A stretch of 64,000 nt of DNA from an uncultured Acidobacteriota bacterium (GTDB lineage Bacteria > Acidobacteriota > JAQAZP01): assembly GCA_963836075.1 (NCBI GenBank), contig CAWIIB010000009.1, forward strand, positions 3,330,442-3,394,441. The letters are read 5' to 3'. Made by a program: the position numbers and the translations under genes. This document shows, piece by piece, positions 36,174 to 47,244 of this stretch (its first letter is position 1; every line of letters begins with the position of its first letter). The notes under the pieces were generated by a model. The model saw only the letters and a program-made list of their open reading frames with translations, did not search any database and was not told the origin of the DNA.

Positions 36174-36509
36174 ATGGCCGACGAACGGAGGAGACCGAAA
36201 AGAGAGGAGACCGGGCCAGGTCCCGGTGGCCTCGGTGATGTGTTTGCCGGACCCGAAACGGGCGGGGCGGTAACGGTTTGCCATGGACCGTACAGCGAGG
36301 ATCTGCCGGTGGGCAACATGAGTGTGGGTGAGGTCCGGCGCCGGTTCTCGGACCGCCTGGACATCGACCCCCAGAGCCAGGCGGTGATCGACGGCAACGA
36401 GGTGGACGACAGCACCGTGCTGCGCGGCGGCCAACTGCTGGCCTTTATCCGGCAGGCTGGTGAAAAGGGCGGGAGGAGACGGTCCCACGGGGGAGGATCG
36501 CCATGTTGA
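36174..36509 (+). CDS. small beta-grasp-like protein with internal Gly-Gly and short C-terminal extension; candidate ubiquitin-like modifier precursor
   Basis: RBS GGAGGAG before ATG 36174; ...GGQLLAFIRQAGEKGG followed by RRRSHGGGSPC; ThiS/MoaD/ubiquitin-like size. Confidence 0.45.
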   Translation: MADERRRPKREETGPGPGGLGDVFAGPETGGAVTVCHGPYSEDLPVGNMSVGEVRRRFSDRLDIDPQSQAVIDGNEVDDSTVLRGGQLLAFIRQAGEKGGRRRSHGGGSPC

Positions 36510-37453
36510 GCAAGCTGGCCGCAAGGCGGGCGGAGGCGCGGTCCGCTTCGCGCCGGCAGACGGTGCACCAGGTGACCATCAAGGGTGAGCTGGTCTCCAC
36601 GGCCACCCCGGAGGGGCAGCCGGTCTGCATGAAACTGAAGGACCTGCTGGGGCTGATCTCGACCCACGGGGATCGATCGCTGGAGACCGGAGGCCTGTTG
36701 CCCGACGGGGTCAAGCTGGTCCGGTCCCGGGGGCCGGTGACCGTCTGGACCTACCAGCGGCCACCCCAGGTGCACAACCTGAGGTGGATCGCCGCCGACT
36801 CTCCCGTGCCGTTCGGAAAGGGCAGCACCTACCGCTCGGTGCGTATCGCGCTGCCCTACCTGGTGGTGCTGGCCGTGTTTATCACCGGGAGGAACAACCG
36901 TCTGCAGCTGTCGCAATACAACGAGTGCTTTTTCCGCAACGAACCTCTGAAGAGTGTTGAGGACCAGCTGTTCTACCCGGCACTGCTCAACTGTTCGAAG
37001 TTCAACCCGCAGGAGGGGCACCCGCTTTCCTGGATCTGCACCGCAAATATGGACCTCAGGCGTCTGGGCCGGCTCCCGGACGAGAACGAACGGATGCGGG
37101 GCAGTATGAATGCTCTGCTGCACTGCCTGCTGGAAACCGGTTACAACCATTCCAGCGAACACCACGAGGAGACAAGCTGGTTCACCGAGTCCGCCACGGT
37201 GGACCCGCGGGTCGCCACCGTCGAGAGGTGGGAGCAGGCCACCGCCAAAGACAGTCTTTTCGTCCTTGACGTCCCCTGGCTCAAAACCGGCAGGAGCCTG
37301 GGGCAGGTGATCGAAAGGATATTCGACAATGCCGGCAGTTCCCGCGGACGGCTGGCCACTTCCAATGACCTGATGCGGCTGATGGCCAACAACAGCGAGC
37401 GGCTGCCGGCGAAGGAAGAAGCGCAGGGGGTATTTATCGATGAACTGTTCTGA
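36503..37453 (+). CDS. hypothetical protein (operon member)
   Basis: 316-aa ORF overlapping previous stop by 7 nt; contains a hydrophobic segment (LPYLVVLAVFI); no motif recognised. Confidence 0.4.
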   Translation: MLSKLAARRAEARSASRRQTVHQVTIKGELVSTATPEGQPVCMKLKDLLGLISTHGDRSLETGGLLPDGVKLVRSRGPVTVWTYQRPPQVHNLRWIAADSPVPFGKGSTYRSVRIALPYLVVLAVFITGRNNRLQLSQYNECFFRNEPLKSVEDQLFYPALLNCSKFNPQEGHPLSWICTANMDLRRLGRLPDENERMRGSMNALLHCLLETGYNHSSEHHEETSWFTESATVDPRVATVERWEQATAKDSLFVLDVPWLKTGRSLGQVIERIFDNAGSSRGRLATSNDLMRLMANNSERLPAKEEAQGVFIDELF

Positions 37454-38348
37454 GGACAGACTGCTCACGCCGATCTACCTGCGGACGAGCGAGGAGATGC
37501 ACTGGCCGGAGGACACGGTGTTTTACATGCTCACCGGCAGCGGTCTCTTTCTCTGCCGCAACAACGAGCACTTCCGCAGCTGTGTTCCGGCCCGCGGCTG
37601 GCCCGGGGAACTGCCCGGTCAGGAAAAGTTCCTCGATCTGCACTATCCCCGGCTGCCCCGGCGGCTGCTGGAACGGGCGGTGGGCTTTTTCGAAGCGGTG
37701 GGGCGCAAACACGATGCGGAAGCGGCACTGCTCCTGGCCTGGGACAGCGAGCGCGAGGTTTACCGCCTGGTGATTCCCCGGCAGCGTTGTACCGTGTACC
37801 TCAACTGGCAGGGGGACACCTCGCCCCAGGGCGTGCACTACGACCTTCCGGAACGCGTGCCCGAGACCTGGATCATTGTTGGCGACATCCACAGCCACGT
37901 CGATTTTTCGGCATACTCCTCGGCCACCGACCAGCACGACGAGCACTACCGCACTGGTCTGCACATCGTGGTGGGCCGCATCTACGACGAGCCGCCCCAG
38001 TTTCATGTGGAAGCCACGGTGGACGGTATGCGCTTTCCCGTCCAGCCGGAGGATATTTTCGAGGGCTACGATTCCCGGAGAAGCGATTTCCCCGAGCAGT
38101 GGTTCGACTGGCTGAAGATCGAACTCGGTTCCGCTTTCACATACTCGGACAGCAGCAAATGGAGTTCCGGCACTGGTTCCTCCGGCTGCAGCGGCCATGG
38201 CCACACGGCCTGTTCACCGATGCCGGCCCCCCGGGGCGGTACCACCGGTTATTCGGTCGCTCCGCTGGAAACGTATCGCAGTTCGGGAAACGGCGGGAAA
38301 AAGAAGGGCGGTGGCCGCAACCGTGACGGCCGGGGGAAACGTCGATGA
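37440..38348 (+). CDS. JAB/MPN (JAMM) metallopeptidase; candidate deubiquitinase/Ubl-processing peptidase
   Basis: Exact JAMM motif H-x-H-x7-S-x2-D in ...IVGDIHSHVDFSAYSSATDQHDE... with upstream Glu; Gly/Ser/Lys-rich C-terminal tail. Confidence 0.75.
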   Translation: MNCSEDRLLTPIYLRTSEEMHWPEDTVFYMLTGSGLFLCRNNEHFRSCVPARGWPGELPGQEKFLDLHYPRLPRRLLERAVGFFEAVGRKHDAEAALLLAWDSEREVYRLVIPRQRCTVYLNWQGDTSPQGVHYDLPERVPETWIIVGDIHSHVDFSAYSSATDQHDEHYRTGLHIVVGRIYDEPPQFHVEATVDGMRFPVQPEDIFEGYDSRRSDFPEQWFDWLKIELGSAFTYSDSSKWSSGTGSSGCSGHGHTACSPMPAPRGGTTGYSVAPLETYRSSGNGGKKKGGGRNRDGRGKRR

Positions 38349-39175
38349 GCGGGGTCGGGAGGGAACAGGTGGTTCTGATGCCCGCTCTGGCCGACCACAC
38401 GGCGGTCAAAATCATCGGTCTGGGCGGAGTGGGCGGCATCGTGGCCCGCTACCTGTCCATCTTCCTCGCCTCGCTGGACCGCGACCTGCGGCTGGTGCTC
38501 ATCGACGGCGACGAGTTCGAGCCGTCCAATGCCACACGGATGCTGTTCTCCGATCACGGCAACAAGGCCGCGGTCACTCGCGCCGAACTCCGGGAACGCT
38601 TTGCCGACACGTCCCTCATGCTGACTGCCGTGGAGCAGTATGTGAAGCCGGACAACATTCACCGCCTGATTCAGAATGATGACGTGGTCATCCTGGCCGT
38701 GGACAACCACGCCACGCGAAAGCTGGTCAGCGAGCACTGCCGGAGCCAGTTGAACGACGTGTGCCTGATCTCGGGGGGGAATGACGGCGTGGGCCCCGAC
38801 GGGTCGGGTTCCCGGCGGCGGGGCACATACGGCAACTGCCAGATTTATTTGCGCCGGGGCGGCCGGGATCTATGTCCCCCGATCACCCGGTATCATCCCG
38901 AGATCCGGGAACCGGCGGATCACAGCCCCGCCGAGGAGAACTGCACCGAACTGATCAAGTCGGTGCCGCAGATCCTGTTCGCTAACCTGGCCGCGGCATC
39001 GGCCATCCTCAACGCCTTCTGGCTCCATTGCTGCTCCGCGCTGCACTACAGCGAACTCAGCTTCGACATTGCCGATGGTCTGATGCGGCCCATGCCCCTG
39101 CCGGCCCCTCTCGTCATCGCGAGGAGCCCGAAGGGTGAAGCGGCGCTCTCTTCGGATGTCTTTCCGGTTCAATGA
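38345..39175 (+). CDS. E1-like ThiF/MoeB-family adenylyltransferase
   Basis: ATGA overlap with JAB gene; nucleotide-binding ...VKIIGLGGVGGIVARYL... and ...LIDGDEFEPSNATRMLF... motifs. Confidence 0.75.
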   Translation: MSGVGREQVVLMPALADHTAVKIIGLGGVGGIVARYLSIFLASLDRDLRLVLIDGDEFEPSNATRMLFSDHGNKAAVTRAELRERFADTSLMLTAVEQYVKPDNIHRLIQNDDVVILAVDNHATRKLVSEHCRSQLNDVCLISGGNDGVGPDGSGSRRRGTYGNCQIYLRRGGRDLCPPITRYHPEIREPADHSPAEENCTELIKSVPQILFANLAAASAILNAFWLHCCSALHYSELSFDIADGLMRPMPLPAPLVIARSPKGEAALSSDVFPVQ

Positions 39176-39294
39176 GATTGCTTCGTCGCCGTCTTCGACG
39201 GCTCCTCGCAATGACAGCGAGAGAACGAATGTTTCTTCCGCTGACTTCCCGTGGCCCCCGAGGGGCGGGGACTCGCAATGAGCTGCGCAGGGTG

Positions 39295-40059
39295 TCAGCC
39301 GTCGAGGAGGATACTTGAGCAGGTGAGCCCCGATTCGGCCTTGAGCAGCTCGGAGATGTCCACCGTCTTCACCTGGAAACCTGCCGCGCGGACTGCGGAG
39401 ATGGTCCGCCCGAACTCCCGGTGGAGGCAGACAAAGCGGCCGGCCCGGAGGGCGTTGGCCGCCTCGGCTTCGTCGTCATCCACTGGAATGACGGTGAAAC
39501 CGGCGAAGGGGCCGGGGTCGAAAAGGCCCTGGCGGGCCAGCAGGGTCTGGTCGTCCAGAGCGGAGACCGCCGACTTGAGGTGCAGGCAGCCTTTCATGGT
39601 CACCGGGACCACCGTGTAGCCGTGGGGCGACAGCAGGCGGGACAACTGGTCGATCCCGTCCTGGTTGGTGCGCGCGGAGAGGCCGACATAGAGGGTCCGG
39701 CCCACACGGAGCACGTCGCCGCCTTCCAGGGTGCCCGGCTCCACGATCCGTTCCAGCGGTCGGTAACCGGCCAGCACCGGCTCAATACCGGCCACCTCAC
39801 CGCGCCGGGACAGGACGCCCGGCCGGGCAAGCACGGCCAGTTCATCCACCACCACTGCCGTGTCCTCGATGAACGTGCAGTCGGGGTGCGCAATGTTGAC
39901 ATCGGTTTCCAGCACCTGGTACCCGCAATCCTCGAGCATCCGGCGGTAGCCGGCATGCTGGGCCCGTGCCAGTTCGAGGTTGATCGGCTCCCGTCGGCGG
40001 AAGCTCAGCTCGCAGCGGTTGATCCGGGGTGAGACCACGTGGGTCAGGGCAATATTCAT
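39295..40059 (-). CDS. dimethylarginine dimethylaminohydrolase-like protein (amidinotransferase superfamily)
   Basis: ~254 aa; C-terminal ...ESGLTCSSILL... with candidate catalytic Cys. Confidence 0.65.
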   Translation of the reverse strand: MNIALTHVVSPRINRCELSFRRREPINLELARAQHAGYRRMLEDCGYQVLETDVNIAHPDCTFIEDTAVVVDELAVLARPGVLSRRGEVAGIEPVLAGYRPLERIVEPGTLEGGDVLRVGRTLYVGLSARTNQDGIDQLSRLLSPHGYTVVPVTMKGCLHLKSAVSALDDQTLLARQGLFDPGPFAGFTVIPVDDDEAEAANALRAGRFVCLHREFGRTISAVRAAGFQVKTVDISELLKAESGLTCSSILLDG

Positions 40060-41966
40060 GGGGTATCTCCGGAACCTTCGCCGGCCTCCCGTTTCAATTC
40101 CAGCTCCTGCCAGCGGTCGTAGACCGCAGCCAGTTCCGTCTCCAGCTCAGCCAGCCGGGCGGTGTCCCGGGCAATCTCTCCGGCCGGGGAGCGGTAGTAG
40201 TCCTGCTCCTCCATCCGGGTAAAGAGCCCCTGCTGCTCCCGCTCCAGCTTCTCGATCCGATCGGGCAGGGCGTCCAGCTCCCGCTGGTCCTTGTAGCCCA
40301 GCTTGCCCGGCTTTGTCTTGCGTGGCGGGCGGGGGTGTGCGGCTTTTTTGGCCGCGGCGGCGGGTGCCGCGGCGGCGGGTGGCCGCTGGCGCAGCCAGTC
40401 GTCATACCCGCCCACGTATTCGGTCACCCGGCCCTGGCCTTCAAAGACCATGGTGCTGGTCACCACGTTGTTCAGAAACGTCCGGTCGTGGCTCACCAGC
40501 AGCAGTGTGCCGCTGTACTCCATGAGCAGCTCCTCCAGCAGTTCGAGGGTCTCCAGGTCGAGGTCATTGGTCGGCTCGTCCAGCACCAGTACGTTGGAGG
40601 GACGGGCCAGGAGCCGGGCCAGGAGCAGACGGCTCCGTTCGCCGCCGGAGAGGGCATTCACCGGAGTGTTGGCCCGTTCGGGAGAGAAGAGAAAGCGTTG
40701 CAGGTAGCCCATCACCTGGTGCTGCCGGCCGCCGAGGGTGAATACATCGGCGCCACCGGCGATATTGTCCTTCACCGAGCGGTTTTCTTCCAACTGCTCC
40801 CGCAACTGGTCGAACCGGGACACTTCGAGATTCACCCCGTGCCGGACATGGCCCTGATCCGGGGGCAGCAGGCCCAGCAGCAGGCCGAGCAGGGTGGTTT
40901 TGCCCGAGCCGTTGGGCCCGATCAGCCCCACCCGGTCACCGCGCATCACGAGGGTGGAAAAATCGTGCACCACCGGATTGCCGTCCCAGGCGTAGGAGAT
41001 TCCCCGGGCCTCGAAGACCAGCTTACCGGTGCGCTGCGCCTCTTCCACCAGCATATCCACCGTACCGGTCTGTTCCCGGCGGGCTTCCCGCTGAGCGCGC
41101 ATCGTCTCCAGGGCGCGGACCCGCCCCTCGTCCCGTGTCCGGCGGGCCTTTATGCCCTTGCGGATCCACTGTTCCTCTCTGGCCAGGCGCCGGTCGAACT
41201 CGGCGTTACGGCCCTCTTCGGCCTCCAGATCCTCGGCCCGGCGTTTGAGGAAGGTACTGTAATCGCAGTTCCAGTCGTGGATTGTCCCCCGGTCCAGTTC
41301 CACCACCCGGGTGGCCAGCCGGCTGAGAAAGGCGCGGTCGTGGCTGACGAAGAGCAGCGCGGATGTCGAATCGGCCAGGAACTGCTCCAGCCAGGTGATG
41401 GTGGCCAGGTCGAGGTGGTTGGTGGGCTCGTCCAGCAGCAGCAGGTCCGGTTCGCTCACCAGGGCCCGGGCCAGCAGCGCCCTGCGGGTCAGACCGGCGG
41501 AGAGGCTGGAGCAGGGGGCGTCGGGGTCGAGGCTCATTCTGGAGATCACCCGGTCCGCCTTTTGCCGGACCTGCCAGCCGTCTTCGCTGTCCAGTTGCTG
41601 TTGCACCTCGGCCAGGCGGTCCATGGCTCCGCCGCCCGACTCCAGTTCGCTGCTCAAGCGGCGATACTCGGCGAGCAGTTCGCCCGTCGGTCCGAGGCCG
41701 GTGGTGACCAGGTCGTGGAGCGTTCCTTCGAGGCTCAGTGGCACGTCCTGGGCCAACAGGGCCGTGGTCAGGCCCTGGCGGCGGGCCACCGCACCGCCAT
41801 CGGGCTTCAACTGGCCGTCAATGAGCCTCATCAGGCTGGTTTTTCCGGCACCGTTGCGGCCCAGCAGGCAGACCCGTTCCCCCTCGCTGATCCGCAGGTT
41901 GGCTCCCTCGAGCAGCCGCGGACCGCCAAAGGCGAGATCCACGTTCTGGAGACTGGTCAGCCACAT
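40056..41966 (-). CDS. ABC-F family ATPase (two ABC domains, Uup/YheS-like)
   Basis: Two Walker A sites (GRNGAGKTSL, GPNGSGKTTL), two ABC signatures and LLLDEPTNHLD Walker B motifs, no TM domain. Confidence 0.85.
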   Translation of the reverse strand: MWLTSLQNVDLAFGGPRLLEGANLRISEGERVCLLGRNGAGKTSLMRLIDGQLKPDGGAVARRQGLTTALLAQDVPLSLEGTLHDLVTTGLGPTGELLAEYRRLSSELESGGGAMDRLAEVQQQLDSEDGWQVRQKADRVISRMSLDPDAPCSSLSAGLTRRALLARALVSEPDLLLLDEPTNHLDLATITWLEQFLADSTSALLFVSHDRAFLSRLATRVVELDRGTIHDWNCDYSTFLKRRAEDLEAEEGRNAEFDRRLAREEQWIRKGIKARRTRDEGRVRALETMRAQREARREQTGTVDMLVEEAQRTGKLVFEARGISYAWDGNPVVHDFSTLVMRGDRVGLIGPNGSGKTTLLGLLLGLLPPDQGHVRHGVNLEVSRFDQLREQLEENRSVKDNIAGGADVFTLGGRQHQVMGYLQRFLFSPERANTPVNALSGGERSRLLLARLLARPSNVLVLDEPTNDLDLETLELLEELLMEYSGTLLLVSHDRTFLNNVVTSTMVFEGQGRVTEYVGGYDDWLRQRPPAAAAPAAAAKKAAHPRPPRKTKPGKLGYKDQRELDALPDRIEKLEREQQGLFTRMEEQDYYRSPAGEIARDTARLAELETELAAVYDRWQELELKREAGEGSGDTP

Positions 41967-41993
41967 GGGTCTGGTTGAACGCTCGGTATCGGG

Positions 41994-43679
<1,686 letters not shown>

Positions 43680-43831
43680 TGGTGTTTCCTGATAGTAGGT
43701 GGTGAAAAAGCTTTCAGACGATTGCCAGGGGCCTTCTTATACCCTGTTTCGCCGCATGGATACCAGTGGCTGGCGGATGGCGGAAGCCCGGTGTGCAGTT
43801 CGGGTGTCGGGTGGGGGACGCCGGCCGGCAG

Positions 43832-44167
43832 TCAGTTGCCCTTGCCGGTCTCCCGTTTGAGGATCCGGTTGGAGATCCGGAAGTGGGAACCGCTCCAGGC
43901 CGCCTTGCCGTCACGGACCACGATCACCTGGGGTGAGTGGTGCTCAACGCCAAGACGCCCGGCCACCTCTTGGGCAAGATCTTTCCCTTCAACGGAATCC
44001 AACTGGTAGACCGCGACCTCCGGGTGCTCGGTGGCAAACTCGCGCACCTGCCGTTCAGCCTTGGTACAGATCCAGCAGCGGCTACTGTGCTTGTAGATCA
44101 CCGACAGCTCGGCGTCGAGGGCCTCGTCCAGTGTTTCTTCGTTGACCAGCGGTTTCAACGGCATCAC
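43832..44167 (-). CDS. thioredoxin-like fold protein (YtxJ/DUF2847-like)
   Basis: ~111 aa; ...VIYKHSSRCWICTKAE... single-Cys thioredoxin-like motif. Confidence 0.4.
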   Translation of the reverse strand: MMPLKPLVNEETLDEALDAELSVIYKHSSRCWICTKAERQVREFATEHPEVAVYQLDSVEGKDLAQEVAGRLGVEHHSPQVIVVRDGKAAWSGSHFRISNRILKRETGKGN

Positions 44168-44235
44168 GGGGCTCCTCCTTTCGGTTGCACGGCGGCGGGG
44201 GGGGGAGGGTTCTCCGGGATCCGCGCCGCACTGGA

Positions 44236-44721
44236 TCAGGCCTCGGTGATGGTCACCGAGGTCAAGGTATCGTTCTGCTGGATTGCGTCAACCACATCCT
44301 CGCCGCTGGTCACCTTGCCGAAGACCTTGTGGTGGCCGTCGAGGTGCGGCTGAGGCGAGTGGGTGATGAAGAACTGGCTGCCGTTGGTGTTCGGTCCGGC
44401 GTTGGCCATGGAGATCACGCACCTTTCGTGCTTCAGGTCTCCGGGGCCGAACTCGTCATTGAAGCGGTAGCCGGGGCCACCTCGGCCGGTGCCGGTGGGG
44501 TCGCCGCCCTGAACCATGAAGTTGGCGATCACCCGGTGAAAGACCAGGTTGTCATAGAACCCCTCACGGGCCAGAAAGACAAAGTTGTTCACCGCGGTGG
44601 GTGCCGCTTTGGGGTCCAGAGCCAGCTGGATCGTGCCCCGACTGGTTTCCATAGTTGCCTGATAGGTCTTGTCGGCATCGATCTGCATTGCCGGTGGATT
44701 GCTCCACTGCTTGGGAGGCAT
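44236..44721 (-). CDS. peptidyl-prolyl cis-trans isomerase, cyclophilin type
   Basis: ...[27 protein letters not shown]... and ...[15 protein letters not shown]... cyclophilin signatures. Confidence 0.9.
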   Translation of the reverse strand: MPPKQWSNPPAMQIDADKTYQATMETSRGTIQLALDPKAAPTAVNNFVFLAREGFYDNLVFHRVIANFMVQGGDPTGTGRGGPGYRFNDEFGPGDLKHERCVISMANAGPNTNGSQFFITHSPQPHLDGHHKVFGKVTSGEDVVDAIQQNDTLTSVTITEA

Positions 44722-44922
44722 GGGTTTTCCCTTTCCGTTCGTTGACTATTACACTTTGTGACTGAGAGCGCGGATATTGTAGCACACCGTTTTTCATTCA
44801 GGGAATCCCGGCGCGCACATTTCGGGACCTGACCCCGAAAATGTGCACATGTCGTCCCCTGGCCTGGGGGTACGGAAAAAAGCCCGAACCGTTCCGATGA
44901 TCCGGGGCATTTTGAACTGCAG

Positions 44923-44950
44923 GGCCGGCGGTGATTGCTCACCGCCGGCC
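44923..44950 (-). terminator. GC-rich hairpin (12-bp perfect stem, 4-nt loop) 9 nt downstream of the tricorn-like gene stop
   Basis: GGCCGGCGGTGA-ttgc-TCACCGCCGGCC; weak U-tract. Confidence 0.35.
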
Positions 44951-44958
44951 ATTGTTGA

Positions 44959-47244
44959 TCAATAGTCGGATTCGGGCAGGCCCATTCCGGAGCGGTCGGG
45001 CCATGCGGGAACCGGGGCCGCCTTGAAAGCGCCGGTCTTCGCTTCCTCGATCATCTGTTCGATGGCCCGGTCCAGCTGCGGGTCACCGCCGTCCACCATC
45101 AGGGCCGGGTCATCCAGCACCTCGATGTCTGGATCCACGCCGTGGCCCTCGATGCCCCAGGTGCCGTCAATGTCGTAGAAGGCGAAGGACGGGGTGGTCA
45201 CGCCGGCGCCGTCCAGCAGCGGCGGGCCGCCGCCGATGCCCACCAGACCGCCCCAGGTGCGGGTGCCGATCAGCTTGCCCAGTTTGTTGTGCTTGAAGAG
45301 GTAGGGAAAGTGGTCCCCGCCCGATCCGGCCAGGCCGTTGATCAGCATGCACTTGGGACCGTGGTGCGCGTCCTGGGGCCAGACCACCTGGCCCTTGAGG
45401 TCACGGACCGACCAGTAGTTGGTGATCGGCCGGTTGAGCAGTTCGATGAAGCGGGTGGGCACCTGGCCGCCGCCGTTCCAGCGTTCGTCGATGATCAACG
45501 CTTCCTTCTCGATCTGGCCCACGAACTGGCGCACCAGTTCACTCTGGCCCTGGATGCCGGTATTGGGCACGTAGATATAGCCCACCTTGCCGCCCGATTT
45601 GCGGTCCACATACTGCCGGTTGGCTTCCACCCAGGCCCGGTAGCGCAGGTCGCCGTCGTTGCCCAGCAGCTCAACCAGCACCTGGCGGTCATTTTCACCG
45701 CTATTCGGCTCTTCGCTCACCGTCAGACGCACGGTCTGCCCGGCCTTGCCCACAAAGGAGGCCCAGGGGTCGCGATTCGTGTCCACCGGAACGCCGTTAA
45801 CCGCCAGCAGGTAGTCACCGACCTTGACGTCCACTCCGGGCTGGCTCAGCGGGCCGCGGGCATCCACGTCCCAGGGGCCGCCCTCGAGAATCAGCGAGAT
45901 GCGGTAAGCGCCGTCGTTCAACTCGAAGTCACAGCCCAGCATGCCGGTGGGCAGTTGGGGCGGGTTCTCGTTGTCACCGCCGAAGTAGTAGGTGTGGCCA
46001 ACGTTCAGCTCGGCGATCAGTTCGCGGAGAATGAAGCCCACGTCCTCGCGGGAGGTGCACTCCTCGATGAGCGGGGCATACTGCTCACGGACGGCTTCCC
46101 AGTTCAGGCCGTGCATGTTGGGGTCGTAGAAGAAATCGCGCTCGCGGCGCCAGACTTCGTTGAAGATCTGCCGCCACTCCTCGCGGGGGTTCACCGTGGC
46201 CAGCATGCCGCCGGTGGGAACCATCTCCTCCAGCTTCTGGTCCGCAGCGGCGTTGATGATCGCCATCGCCCCGCCCTCGTTGACCACCAGCAGCTTCTTG
46301 CCGTCGGCGGAAATGTCCACCAGGTTGACCCCGCCGGCCACCGTTTTGACCTTCTCCTTCTCGTCGTCGAAGTCGAAGAGGTGGATGGTGGGTGGCCCCT
46401 GGGTCCCGGGAGCCGGGGCCTTGGCAAAGATCAGCTTGTTTCCGTCGTTGACACAGAGGCCGAAGAAGGCGCCCTTGTCCATGGGCAGGGCGATGGCCCG
46501 CTGTTCGAACCCCTCGAGGTCTATTTTCAAGGGGTCTTCTTCCTCTTCCTCAGCTTCGCCATCCTTGTCCTTGTCTTCGCCCTCGTCTCCGTCCTTGGCC
46601 TCTCCGTCCTCCTTCTCATCGCCGTTTTCGTCCTTCTCCTCCTCGATCTCCTCGTCGTCGCTCTTCGGGGCCAGCGGGTTTTCCACGTCGGCGTTCAGCG
46701 GCACGGCGTAGAGCCGGTCGGTGGCGGTGTAGACCCAGGTGGTGTCCACGTCGGAGTAAATCGGACTGCTGAAGTCACGATTGCTGGCGAAAAAGAGAAA
46801 CTTGCCTTCACGGTCGAAAGTGGGCCAGGTGATGCCGAACATCGTGTCGGTCACCTGGTGCTTTTTACCGGCGGCCATCTCGTAGAGGAAGATCTGGTTC
46901 GGACCGCGAAGGCTGGTGCCGCGGGCCCAGGCCAGCCAGTTGGAGTCGTGGGACCAGCTGAGGCTGGTTGCTCCCGGGCCCAGCTGTTCCTCGATCACCT
47001 TCGCTTCCTTTGATTCAACATTGTAGAGATAGAGTTTGCCGCTTTTTTCCCAGAAGGCGATCCACTCGCTGTCCGGGGACCAGTTGGCCGCGAAGTAGTA
47101 GGAGGGCGGCAGGTCGGTGACCCTTTCCGCTTCAGCCGGAGCTGTCGGCGGCACTGATGTAGAGCTGGTATTCACCGGTCCCGTCGGAGAACCAGGCGAT
47201 CCACTTCTTGTCCGGGCTGAACGTCGGATAGCGCTCGGCGGCAC
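44959..47244 (-). CDS. tricorn protease homolog, C-terminal part (PDZ plus peptidase domains)
   Basis: Tricorn-like length; acidic linker; ...GLAGSGGDHFPYLF... and ...TWGGLVGIGG... catalytic region; upstream end overlaps 47132..48298 in another frame. Confidence 0.6.
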   Translation of the reverse strand: MPPSAIRRSARTRSGSPGSPTGPVNTSSTSVPPTAPAEAERVTDLPPSYYFAANWSPDSEWIAFWEKSGKLYLYNVESKEAKVIEEQLGPGATSLSWSHDSNWLAWARGTSLRGPNQIFLYEMAAGKKHQVTDTMFGITWPTFDREGKFLFFASNRDFSSPIYSDVDTTWVYTATDRLYAVPLNADVENPLAPKSDDEEIEEEKDENGDEKEDGEAKDGDEGEDKDKDGEAEEEEEDPLKIDLEGFEQRAIALPMDKGAFFGLCVNDGNKLIFAKAPAPGTQGPPTIHLFDFDDEKEKVKTVAGGVNLVDISADGKKLLVVNEGGAMAIINAAADQKLEEMVPTGGMLATVNPREEWRQIFNEVWRRERDFFYDPNMHGLNWEAVREQYAPLIEECTSREDVGFILRELIAELNVGHTYYFGGDNENPPQLPTGMLGCDFELNDGAYRISLILEGGPWDVDARGPLSQPGVDVKVGDYLLAVNGVPVDTNRDPWASFVGKAGQTVRLTVSEEPNSGENDRQVLVELLGNDGDLRYRAWVEANRQYVDRKSGGKVGYIYVPNTGIQGQSELVRQFVGQIEKEALIIDERWNGGGQVPTRFIELLNRPITNYWSVRDLKGQVVWPQDAHHGPKCMLINGLAGSGGDHFPYLFKHNKLGKLIGTRTWGGLVGIGGGPPLLDGAGVTTPSFAFYDIDGTWGIEGHGVDPDIEVLDDPALMVDGGDPQLDRAIEQMIEEAKTGAFKAAPVPAWPDRSGMGLPESDY

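Noticed and set aside
34196-37468. 1090-aa minus-strand ORF antisense to the AAA+, Ubl and neighbouring genes
   Set aside because: Pro/Gly/Arg/His-rich low-complexity translation typical of spurious antisense ORFs in high-GC DNA; the plus-strand genes have RBSs, coupling and recognisable motifs.
29291-39175. Pup-proteasome or sulfur-carrier (ThiS/MoaD) interpretation of the Ubl operon
   Set aside because: No Pup, PafA/Dop or 20S subunit motifs; presence of a UBC-type E2 (HPN-Cys), JAMM peptidase and RING-like finger points to protein conjugation rather than thiamin/molybdopterin sulfur transfer.
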